Origin: Longimicrobiales bacterium
GTDB lineage: Bacteria > Gemmatimonadota > Gemmatimonadetes > Longimicrobiales > Gaopeijiaceae
Direction: 5' to 3'
Assembly: GCA_965203485.1 (NCBI GenBank)
Contig: OZ241892.1
Span: 704,001-768,000, forward strand
Length of the DNA: 64,000 nt
The notes below the pieces were generated by a model. The model did no database searches, was not told the DNA's origin, and saw only the letters and a program-made list of their open reading frames with translations. The stretch's first letter is position 1. Every line of letters begins with the position of its first letter. The position numbers were made by a program, and so were the translations under genes. Shown here piece by piece: positions 56,534 through 64,000 of the stretch.

Positions 56534-56725
56534 GTGCACATCCTGATCGACCTCGCCTCTCGACATCCCGCGAGAGAAACTGTAGAAATGCCGCTCGGCG
56601 CCGTCTACGACTCCGTTCGCGGCTACTGGGTCAAGGACGGCAAGCCAATGGTATCGAATCCGGCATATCGGGCTGCAACGAAGAAGCGCGATATCGAGAC
56701 AGGGGAAGACCTGAAGGGGACATGA
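56534..56725 (+). CDS. putative graspetide (ATP-grasp RiPP) precursor peptide, 63 aa
   Basis: AAGGAG then GTG 56534; MHILIDLASRHPARETVEMPLGAVYDSVRGYWVKDGKPMVSNPAYRAATKKRDIETGEDLKGT; Thr/Lys and Asp/Glu-rich C-terminal core; ATGA overlap with the ATP-grasp gene. Confidence 0.72.
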   Translation: MHILIDLASRHPARETVEMPLGAVYDSVRGYWVKDGKPMVSNPAYRAATKKRDIETGEDLKGT

Positions 56726-57007
56726 CGGACGGTCGAAGGCCCGAGGTGCTGGTTCTCTCCAATCTGTACGACCTAGCTGCGGACATGGTGATCGCCAATT
56801 TGGAGACGGCTGGTGTGCCCTACCTCCGCCTGAATCGACAGGCGTTGGCCCACCATCGCGTCACCGTCGATCCCTCGGGTCCGCTAATGATGGTCACGGG
56901 CCCGGTCGGCCGACATGTCGTGCGGAACCCACGCTCGGTATGGTACAGAGCTCCAGTCTTTGATCGAGATGCATCTGGCTTGCCGTTGTCCGTAGATGAG
57001 CAACTGG

Positions 57008-58651
57008 CTAGGAGTCTGTAGGCCGTAGGGAAGGGGCCGGGGCGTAGCAGACGGGGCGGCGGGCAGGCGTTAGGCGGACGGGTCGGGCGATGGGCGGCAT
57101 GGGGCGTCGGCGGGCGTGCAACGGACGACGCGAGGCCGATTTTGGGCGGGAAAGGGCGCGCGGGGCGTGCGGAGCGTCGCGTTTGGGCGCACGACGCCTG
57201 GGGGGCGTACGGTTCGCGAAGAGCTTGAGCAGGTTGTGGCAGGCGCAGACCAGCGCCCACTCGGCCTCGACCGCCTCGAGTCTTCGGAACGAGAAGCGCC
57301 GAAAGCCGCGCGCCTGCTTGATCTGGCCATTGACCGGCTCGACGACGGCCTTGCGGCGCGCGTACAACGCTCGTCCGTCCTCGCTGGCGACCCGGGCCCG
57401 CATCCGCTCCCGTGGCGACGCGTCCTGCCGCGCGGCGGCGTCCGTTTTCGGAGATGTCCCTTGGGGCTTGCGCGCCGTCGCGACCCAGGCCTCCGTCCCC
57501 AGGGCGCGCGCTTGCGCCTCGACGCCCGGACGCCAGTATCCGGCGTCGGCCGTCGCGTTCGCCGGCGCCTCGCCCAGGTTCGCCCTGGCCCGCTCGAGCA
57601 CCGGCTCCAGATTGCGGCAGTCGGCCGGCTGGTTCGTCACGCCGTGCGCCACGACGACCTGCGCGGCGTCGTCGACCGCCAGTTGCGCGTTGTACGCCTG
57701 CACGAATCCGTGCGCCCCCATCATGATGTGGCTCTCCGGGTCCGTGAAGTTGCATTGCGCCCCGCCGACCGGTCGCCCGCCCGGCGTCGCCGGCGTCTCC
57801 TTGCGCGGCAACTGTCCCGGCTCGCTCGCGGACGCGCCGCCTTGCGGGTCCAGCGCGTCCGCACGCGCCCGCCGCCGCGCCGCCTTCGTGCGCAATCCCT
57901 TCGCCACGACCGAACTCCCACAGCGCGCCGCCGTCCGCTCCATGCCCTGCGCTTGTGCCCGCAACTTGCGCGCCCGCGCCCGCCGCGCCTCGTCCTCCAA
58001 TCGCGCCTTCGCTTCCCGGATCCGCGCCAGCCGGCCCTCGCGCCGGCTCAGCGCCTCCGGCAATCCCTCCGCGCTTCCCTCCCCCTGCGACTCGGCCCGG
58101 TCCGCCGCTTCCGCCTCCGCCAGCATCCGCGCCACCTCCTCGGCCAACCGCTTCTCTTCGGCCACCATGCGCGCATAGCTCATCGCCTTGTGCTTGCTCG
58201 CGTTCGCCTCGACCTTCGTCCCGTCCACCGCCACGTGCTTCAGCTTCACCAGCCCCGCCGCCCCGCACAGCTTCAGCACCTCCACGAACAAGCGCTCGAA
58301 GCGCTTGCGGTGCACACGGCGAAACTCGTTGATCGTCGTGAAGTGCGGCTCCGCGTTGCCCGTCAGCACACGAAACGCCACATGCTCCCGGCACGCCCGA
58401 GCCATGCGCCGCGACGAGTACACGCCCGAGCTGTACGCGTACACCAGCAACGCCACCATCATCCTCGGATCGTACGGCCGCTGGCCCCGCGCGTCCTTCG
58501 CCTGAACCGCCGCCTCGATCCCCGAAATGTCCAGCTCCGACACCACGTCCAATACGAACCACACCAAGTGGTCCTCCGGCAACCAGTCCCGCATCGACGG
58601 CGGCATCAGGTACAGCTGGTCCAGCCTCCACGCCTGGTACTGCTTCTTCAC
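57008..58651 (-). CDS. IS1182-family DDE transposase
   Basis: DUF772-like N-terminus (LMPPSMRDWLPEDHL, PYDPRMM, SSRR, PHFTTI..FR); AVDGTKVEANAS, TDPES, YNAQ, ADAGY and RK.VVEPV.GQIK..RGFRRF motifs; likely GTG start at 58651. Confidence 0.93.
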   Translation of the reverse strand: MKKQYQAWRLDQLYLMPPSMRDWLPEDHLVWFVLDVVSELDISGIEAAVQAKDARGQRPYDPRMMVALLVYAYSSGVYSSRRMARACREHVAFRVLTGNAEPHFTTINEFRRVHRKRFERLFVEVLKLCGAAGLVKLKHVAVDGTKVEANASKHKAMSYARMVAEEKRLAEEVARMLAEAEAADRAESQGEGSAEGLPEALSRREGRLARIREAKARLEDEARRARARKLRAQAQGMERTAARCGSSVVAKGLRTKAARRRARADALDPQGGASASEPGQLPRKETPATPGGRPVGGAQCNFTDPESHIMMGAHGFVQAYNAQLAVDDAAQVVVAHGVTNQPADCRNLEPVLERARANLGEAPANATADAGYWRPGVEAQARALGTEAWVATARKPQGTSPKTDAAARQDASPRERMRARVASEDGRALYARRKAVVEPVNGQIKQARGFRRFSFRRLEAVEAEWALVCACHNLLKLFANRTPPRRRAPKRDAPHAPRALSRPKSASRRPLHARRRPMPPIARPVRLTPARRPVCYAPAPSLRPTDS

Positions 58652-58755
58652 TCGACCCCCCCGTTGAAGAATCGCTCGCCTCCCCCGCACACCCCCAATA
58701 TTGCCCCCCCGCCACATCCCGCCACAAGAAGAAACGAGCTATGCGCTACAGGCTC
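57012..58755 (-). mobile_element. complete IS1182-family insertion sequence (1744 bp) with CTAG target duplication
   Basis: Ends GAGTCTGTAG... and ...CTACAGGCTC (imperfect inverted repeat); CTAG at 57008-57011 and 58756-58759; removal restores the host reading frame. Confidence 0.93.
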
Positions 58756-58959
58756 CTAGGACACAATGGATGGCCTTCATCAGATCGATGTCGGTTTTTG
58801 GGCAGGCTCGTTGGATGAATCATCCGTCCGCGACGTATTCGGCGGAATCGAAACCATATCAGCTGGCTGTTGCCAACGATGTCGGCTCTGCGTTGGTTTG
58901 ACTGGCAGGGTTATGCCGGTCACCGGATCGGCAGGACTTGGCCTAGCGTAGCGTAGTCT

Positions 58960-59451
58960 TTGGTCCTATCTGGCGCGCTTCGACACGGTGGTCAAGCCCA
59001 CGCGCCTTTCGGGACCCGCCTTGGAGGCGCTGGCGTGGCCTACCGGTAGCCGATCAGCCGCATCGAGTATCAAGTACGTGCGCGGAGTCAAGTCCTCCGG
59101 CGTGATCCGCACCCTGCTGGACCGGGAGCTGATCCATGTTGCCGGAAGGGGCGAGGGCGTTGGTCGTCCCGTCCTCTACGGCGCCGCGGCGCTTCTACGG
59201 AGCGCTTCGGCTTCGCGTCGCCGGAGGACTTGCCCCGGTCGGAGGAGTTGCCGGTCGTGCTCCGCGACCGGGCCCGGTTGACCGACACGGAAGCGGCGGA
59301 TTGGGCGCCGGGCGAGGGGGAAGGGGAGGCCGAGGCCGCGCCGCGGCGAGAAGACCCGGTGGCCGCAGTCCTGGCCCATGCGGAAAATGTCGGCGGAGAC
59401 GTTGCCGCCGATGTTGCGGAGTCGGGTCGTCGCCCGGGGGACGAGGGTTGA
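58960..59451 (+). pseudogene. scpB: degraded scpB (SMC-Scp complex subunit B) remnant
   Basis: YLARFDTVVKPTRLSGPALEALA / AYR*PISR / YVRGVKSSGVIRTLLDRELIHVAGRGEGVGRPVLYG / ERFGFASPEDLP; internal stop and frameshifts, N-terminus missing. Confidence 0.82.
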
Positions 59452-59559
59452 GTCGTCGGCACAGGGGCCTTCGCGGGCCGAGCGGCAACCCGACTTCGGG
59501 ACGCGAAGCGCGACAGGGCTCCCGCACCGCGGTCCCGACCGCTTCTCCGGCCCCGCGGC

Positions 59560-59730
59560 GCAGCCGCATCCAGCGCTACCTGTCCCAGGCCGGCGCGGCT
59601 TCCCGCAGACAGGCCGAGGTCCTCATCGGCGAGAGACGGTGTCCGTCAACGTCCGGTTGCGGAGATGGGCGTGCGGGTAGTCCCGGACAGGACGTGGTGG
59701 GCGGTGTACGGCCGCGTGGCGGCGAAGCCG
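59560..59730 (+). pseudogene. remnant of the S4 domain of an RluB-like pseudouridine synthase
   Basis: RIQRYLSQAGAASRRQAEVLI / VSVN / EMGVRVVP; follows scpB as in the conserved scpB-rluB order; catalytic domain absent. Confidence 0.7.
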
Positions 59731-59858
59731 CGCACCGCCCGCGCCGCGCCCGATTCCCCGGTCCGTCGCGTCGTGACCGGATTGGAGGGCCAGTCCCGAG
59801 GGGGCGGCGCTCGCCGTGACGGGTTGCCATGCGGCGCCCTGCTGAGCTAATGTTCGTC

Positions 59859-59936
59859 GGGCCCATAGCTCAAGCGGTTCGGTTGGAGTAGCGGGCCCAT
59901 AATCCGACGGTCGGGGTTCAAGTCCCTCTGGGCTCA
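59859..59936 (+). tRNA. degenerate tRNA with CAU anticodon (tRNA-Ile2-like), probably a pseudo-tRNA
   Basis: Acceptor GGGCCCA/TGGGCTC+A, TAGCTCA, anticodon loop CCCATAA, T arm GGGGTTCAAGTCCCTC. The D loop has a duplicated CGGTT, U33 is C, and the T stem appears one base short. Promoter-like TTGCCA-18 nt-TAATGT at 59824-59853. Confidence 0.75.
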
Positions 59937-60027
59937 TTCCCGTTCGCGAGGAACACGCTATCTCTCGCCGAGAACACGCATCGCCGCCCAGGACACGCCG
60001 CAGCCCCCGAGACAAGAGGAACGCGCG

Positions 60028-60441
60028 TTGATCGATCCGTTGCCTGCGCCGGGGCGCACCTTCATGCGGGGCACGCCCCGCCTGCCAGGTCGCCGCTCCG
60101 CAAGGCCGGACGCTCGCAGGTTCGCCCTGCTTGCCGTCGTCACCGTCATGATTGCGACGACGGGCGCGACGGTCGTCCTCGACGTGCTTGCCGACCAGGG
60201 CGGGTTCGGGATCCCAGCGCATGTGGAGTCGCCCGACGGGGACTGCCCGTGGGCTCACAACCACGGCTTCTGCCAAATGGTGCGCTCGCTGTCGGCCGTC
60301 GTGTCCGCACCGAACGGTACGCTCGAGGCGTCGCCTGCGCCGGCCAGGCTCGTTTCTCTTCCGGGCGTTTCCAAACGCGATCCTTTCCGACTGACGTTCC
60401 TGACGGACTGCGTCGTCCCCCGAGGTCCGCCGCTCGTCTGA
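60028..60441 (+). CDS. DUF2946/CruR-like leader protein: signal anchor, His/Cys motif and C-terminal RGPP
   Basis: RRFALLAVVTVMIATTGATVVL, then HVESPDGDCPWAHNHGFCQ, then ...VPRGPPLV*; directly upstream of a TonB-dependent receptor; start uncertain. Confidence 0.65.
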   Translation: MIDPLPAPGRTFMRGTPRLPGRRSARPDARRFALLAVVTVMIATTGATVVLDVLADQGGFGIPAHVESPDGDCPWAHNHGFCQMVRSLSAVVSAPNGTLEASPAPARLVSLPGVSKRDPFRLTFLTDCVVPRGPPLV

Positions 60442-60615
60442 CTGCTGCAGCAGTCCCCCACGCAGCAAGTCCTGCCCGCGAACGGTGCCGAGGCCGGGTC
60501 GGCCTTTGGGTCGTCGCTTGGTCTTCCGGCAGGGCGTCCAGCACGTTCGCTTTGGCGGTTCTCGCTTCCCCGACGACGGGGGCGGGCGCCGCTCGGAACC
60601 TCGGAGAAGTCGTAG

Positions 60616-62979
60616 ATGCGTCGATTCCGCTTCGTCGTCTGCAGTTGCCGTTCCGTTGTCCGCAGTTGCCGTTCCATTGTCTGTGGTTGCCGTTCCACGG
60701 CATCGAGCCGTTGCCGAGAGTCGTGGTCCGCGTCCAAGCGTTGCTTGACTTGCCGCGTCGCTCTTGCGACGGCGGCGACCGGCGCGTGCCTGCCCATGGC
60801 GTGGGCCCGCGCATCGGCGGCGGTCCAGGAGGAGGCGCCCCAGCAACAGGTCGTTCATGGAGTCGTCCGCGACGCCGACACCGGCCTCGCGTTGGTCGGG
60901 GCCTTGGTGTCGCTGGTCGGAGGGCGGGGTTCCGCTCTTACGGGAGGCGACGGCGCCTTTCGCATGGAGGTGGTCGGCGCCGCGGCACGGGAGATCCGCG
61001 TGGAGCGGCCGGGCTACGGCAGTCGGACGGTGTCGCTGGCCGAGGACCGGGGCGCCGATCCCGTCGTGGTCGAACTCGTCGCGTCGCCGATTGCGCTGGC
61101 GGGACTGGTGGTGACGGGCGCGATCAGGGCGCGAACGGCGGAGGAGACGTTGCGTCCCGTCAACGTCGTGGCGGGCGAGGAGCTTCAGAGCCGTCTGGAG
61201 GGAACGGTGGCGAGCGCGCTGGCGGGTCAGCCCGGGCTGGCCGTCGCGACGATGGGGCCGGCCACGGCCCGTCCCGTGATCCGCGGCCTGGGCGGCGATC
61301 GCGTGCTGATCCTGGAAGACGGCGTTCGGGTCGGGGACGTGTCTTCGAGTGCGCCGGACCATGCGATGGCCCTGGACGGATCTTTGGCGCGCAGGGTGGA
61401 GGTCGTCCGCGGGCCGGCGACGCTGCTGTACGGGAGCAATGCCCTGGGAGGCGTGGTCAACGTCATTCGCGACGAGATCCCGACGACCGTGCCGGATCGG
61501 CTCTCAGGCTTCGCGTCGCTGCGCGGTAGCACGGCCAGCGCGTCGCTTGCGGGAAGCGCGGCCTCCACGTTCCGGGTTGCCGACCGTGTGCCGTTGCGGA
61601 TCGAGGCGTCGGGGCGCAGGGCGGGGGACCTCAGGACGCCCGTCGGCGTCCTGAGGAACACCAGCGCCAGCAGCTGGAACATCGGTGCGGGCGCGTCGTA
61701 CGTCGCCGACTGGGGTTACGCAGGCGCGGCCTTCCGGTCCTACCGCAACAACTACGGCATCCCCGGAGGGTTCACAGGAGGACACGAGGAGGGCGTGGCG
61801 ATCGAGATGGAGCACATATCCACCAAGCTCCGGGCCGTCGTGGACCAGCCAGCGGGCCCTTTCGAAACGATCGAGCTTCACGGCAGCTACACGTGGTACC
61901 GCCACCCGGAGATCGAGCCCCCCGACATCCTGGGCACGCTCTTCAAGTTGCAGACGACCACCGTGGAGACGCTCGCCCGCACGTCTCCCGGCGGGCCGTT
62001 TTCGGCCGGCGCCGTGGGAGCTCGAGCGTCCCGGGAAGAGTTCGGGTTCGGCGGCGGCGTGCACACGCCCGACACCCGTCGCACCACGCTGACCGGATTC
62101 GCCGTTCAGGAGATGGAGTTCGGTCCGGTGCGCGTCGAAGGCGGGCTGCGATACGAATGGACGAAGACCGACCCGCTCCAGGACGACCCGGATTCGGAGA
62201 TCGGCGCCGTTCGGGACCGAAACTTTCCCGCCATGTCCGGATCGCTCGGCATCTTGTACAGCGCCGGCTCGGGCATGGTCCTGGGCGCAACCGCCGGTCG
62301 ATCCTCCCGCACGCCGGACGTGAACGAGCTCTATTCGGAGGGGCCGCACTTGGCGGCGTACTCCTTCGAGATTGGCAACCCCTCGCTGGACGTCGAAACC
62401 GGCAACGGCCTGGACCTCTTCGTCCGCTACGGCGGAGAGCGGTTGCGCACCGAGGTCACGGGCTTCTACAACGCGATCTCGGGCTACATCTACGGTCGGT
62501 ACACCGGCGAGACGAGCCGCGTGCAGTTGCCGATCTACCAGCACCGGGGCAATGACGCCGTGCTGGCCGGGTTCGAGGCCGCGGTGGACGGCGACCTGGG
62601 CCGGGGCTGGGCCTTCTACGGGGCCGCGTCCTATGTGCGGGGCGAGCTGGAGGACACGGGAACGCCGTTGCCGCTGATCCCGCCGTTGCAAGGGCGGCTC
62701 GCGGTGGAGCACGAGCGCCCGGCTTGGTTCGTCCGCGCCGAAGCCGACATCGCCGCCGAGCAGGACAGGGTGGACGAGTTCGAGGTGCCCACCGACGGGT
62801 ATGTCGTCCTCCACGCCGCCGCCGGCGCGCGCTTCGCAATGGCGGGCCGCTTGACCGTGCTCACGGCCAACCTGCGCAATGCCACCAACCAGACGTATCG
62901 GAACCATCTCTCCCGGATCAAGGAGATCATGCCCGAGGCCGGGAGGAGCCTGTCGATCGCGTACCGCGTGATCTTCTAA
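60616..62979 (+). CDS. TonB-dependent receptor (ZnuD-like metal uptake type) with N-terminal carboxypeptidase-regulatory-like domain
   Basis: GGAGA Shine-Dalgarno; VHGVVRDADTG.AL.GA.V; plug motifs ARPVIRGLGGDRV, DHA and RVEVVRGPATLLYGSNALGGVVNVI; ELYSEGPHLA; NATNQTYRNHLS; terminal F. Confidence 0.92.
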   Translation: MRRFRFVVCSCRSVVRSCRSIVCGCRSTASSRCRESWSASKRCLTCRVALATAATGACLPMAWARASAAVQEEAPQQQVVHGVVRDADTGLALVGALVSLVGGRGSALTGGDGAFRMEVVGAAAREIRVERPGYGSRTVSLAEDRGADPVVVELVASPIALAGLVVTGAIRARTAEETLRPVNVVAGEELQSRLEGTVASALAGQPGLAVATMGPATARPVIRGLGGDRVLILEDGVRVGDVSSSAPDHAMALDGSLARRVEVVRGPATLLYGSNALGGVVNVIRDEIPTTVPDRLSGFASLRGSTASASLAGSAASTFRVADRVPLRIEASGRRAGDLRTPVGVLRNTSASSWNIGAGASYVADWGYAGAAFRSYRNNYGIPGGFTGGHEEGVAIEMEHISTKLRAVVDQPAGPFETIELHGSYTWYRHPEIEPPDILGTLFKLQTTTVETLARTSPGGPFSAGAVGARASREEFGFGGGVHTPDTRRTTLTGFAVQEMEFGPVRVEGGLRYEWTKTDPLQDDPDSEIGAVRDRNFPAMSGSLGILYSAGSGMVLGATAGRSSRTPDVNELYSEGPHLAAYSFEIGNPSLDVETGNGLDLFVRYGGERLRTEVTGFYNAISGYIYGRYTGETSRVQLPIYQHRGNDAVLAGFEAAVDGDLGRGWAFYGAASYVRGELEDTGTPLPLIPPLQGRLAVEHERPAWFVRAEADIAAEQDRVDEFEVPTDGYVVLHAAAGARFAMAGRLTVLTANLRNATNQTYRNHLSRIKEIMPEAGRSLSIAYRVIF
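60634..60696 (+). repeat. three tandem 21-bp repeats in the 5' end of the TonB receptor ORF
   Basis: gtcgtctgcagttgccgttcc / gttgtccgcagttgccgttcc / attgtctgtggttgccgttcc, encoding VVCSCRS VVRSCRS IVCGCRS. Confidence 0.85.
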
Positions 62980-63021
62980 CCCTCACGTACCACCACCACG
63001 TACCACCAAGGAGACCAAAGC

Positions 63022-63507
63022 ATGGAGAAGCATCGCAAGAACCGCCTCGCAGCCCTGACCGTCGTCGCCTTCGCGGCCTTCTCCGCCGCGTGCGACGACC
63101 CTGTGGTGCCGCCCGACCAACACGCCGAGCCCGAGGGAGTCCAGGTGCTCGTGGACGGCACCGTGGTCGCCACCTACGACGGCGACGCCCAGTCCTGGAC
63201 CGGCGAGCTGGAGGTCGAGGCCGGCGAGGAGAGCGGCATGGTCGAAGTCCGGTTCGTGGATCACGACGGCGACGCGATCCCGATCGACGACGATCTCTAC
63301 CTGGAGGTCGACGTGGAGGACACGAGCATCGCGGAGTTCCACCACGAACCCGCCCCAGGCAGCTTCATGGGCCACTTCGACGGCAAGGTCGAGGGCGAAA
63401 CCGACGTCGTGTTCAAGCTCATGCACGGCGCCGTCGGCTCGGGGCATTCGGACTTCACCACCACGGCCGTGCACATCCACGTCGAAGCAGCACAGATGAC
63501 GGACTAG
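63022..63507 (+). CDS. acidic His-containing lipoprotein, probable partner of the TonB receptor
   Basis: AAGGAG Shine-Dalgarno; lipobox FSAAC; HAEPEG, FVDHDG and LMHG....GHSDF motifs. Confidence 0.75.
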   Translation: MEKHRKNRLAALTVVAFAAFSAACDDPVVPPDQHAEPEGVQVLVDGTVVATYDGDAQSWTGELEVEAGEESGMVEVRFVDHDGDAIPIDDDLYLEVDVEDTSIAEFHHEPAPGSFMGHFDGKVEGETDVVFKLMHGAVGSGHSDFTTTAVHIHVEAAQMTD

Positions 63508-63619
63508 ACTAGAGACTAGAACCCCCGCGCGCGGGGTGCCGTCACGGGCCGAGGCTGGCTAAATGCCCCGCGCGCGGGCGCCGGTTTTCCGGTGCCCCCT
63601 GGCGTCGCGTTGCCTTGGT

Positions 63620-64000
63620 CTAGCTTGGCGGCTCTGGCGGGATGGCGTCCAGCAACTCGGTTGCGCGGCGACGGTCCGGCTTTCCGGCGCCCGTCAAGGG
63701 GACTGCGGCTACGATGGCCACGCGCCGCGGGTGGGCGTAGGCGGGTCCGTGCGCGAGGGCATGGCGCTTCAGCGCTTCCGGCGTGGCCTTGGACTCCGGC
63801 GCGACGACGACCACGGCGGCGGGCACGTGGCCCTTCACGTCGTGGGGAAGCGGAACGACGACCGCGTCCAGCACATCGGGATGCGACAGCAGCAGGTCCT
63901 CCACTTCCTTGGGGTAGATATTTTCGCCGCCGGAGCTGAACATGTCGTCGGTTCGGCCTCGGAAGTAGAAGAAGCCGTCTTCGTCTCGGTGGAAGAGGTC
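63620..64000 (-). CDS. C-terminal part of an AMP-binding acyl-CoA synthetase (class I adenylate-forming enzyme), truncated by the window edge
   Basis: DLFHRDEDGFFYFRGRTDDMFSSGGENIYPKEVE and PLTGAGKPDR motifs. Confidence 0.9.
   Translation of the reverse strand, partial: DLFHRDEDGFFYFRGRTDDMFSSGGENIYPKEVEDLLLSHPDVLDAVVVPLPHDVKGHVPAAVVVVAPESKATPEALKRHALAHGPAYAHPRRVAIVAAVPLTGAGKPDRRRATELLDAIPPEPPS

Larger units (their letters stand above)
56722..58901 (+). pseudogene. MvdD/RimK-like ATP-grasp peptide maturase, interrupted by IS1182 and C-terminally truncated
   Basis: EVLVLSNLYDLAADMVI...YLRLNR...SVWYRAP...EQLAR rejoins TQWMAFIRSMSVFGQARWMNHPSATYSAESKPYQLAVANDVG when the IS and one CTAG are removed; stop at 58899, catalytic ATP-grasp domain absent. 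Confidence 0.82.

Noticed and set aside
62984..63580. Micro-repeats (cacgtaccacca x2, gactaga x3) and GC palindromes around the lipoprotein gene
   Set aside because: Probably slippage products and an ordinary convergent terminator region; no further structure is evident.

Overview
High-GC (roughly 70%) bacterial window. The gene set (VPS10/BNR hydrolase, giant cadherin/Ig autotransporters, DUF4143 ATPases) resembles host-associated Gemmatimonadota-like genomes, but that is inference only. About 45% of the window is two near-identical direct copies (7665-22036 and 30861-45230) of a ~14.4 kb unit. Each copy encodes a ~4590 aa surface protein with 27 DxDxDG-bearing Ig-like repeats, 4 cadherin repeats, one further Ig/cadherin-like domain and an autotransporter-like barrel. 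Each is preceded by a poly-C tract, C20 in copy 1 and C18 in copy 2. Other intact genes: pdxH, an ABC-F ATPase, a kinase-M23-aminotransferase fusion, a Tat HisC-like aminotransferase, RDD, AsnB-like plus HTTM pair, MscS, a TRAP solute-binding protein, an AAA/DUF4143 ATPase, a GltD-like plus 2-oxoacid:ferredoxin oxidoreductase operon, a BNR/VPS10 protein, and a RAPP/RGPP-type leader ORF followed by a TonB-dependent receptor and a His-containing lipoprotein. A lower-GC graspetide (ATP-grasp RiPP) locus has an intact precursor, but its ligase is split by a complete IS1182 (CTAG duplication) and truncated. The window also carries many decayed remnants (3' ends of the adhesin, TRAP and ATPase genes, DUF488 pieces, IS3 orfA, scpB, rluB and a degenerate CAU tRNA), suggesting repeated duplication and decay. 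All calls come from motif recognition by eye; no searches were run.
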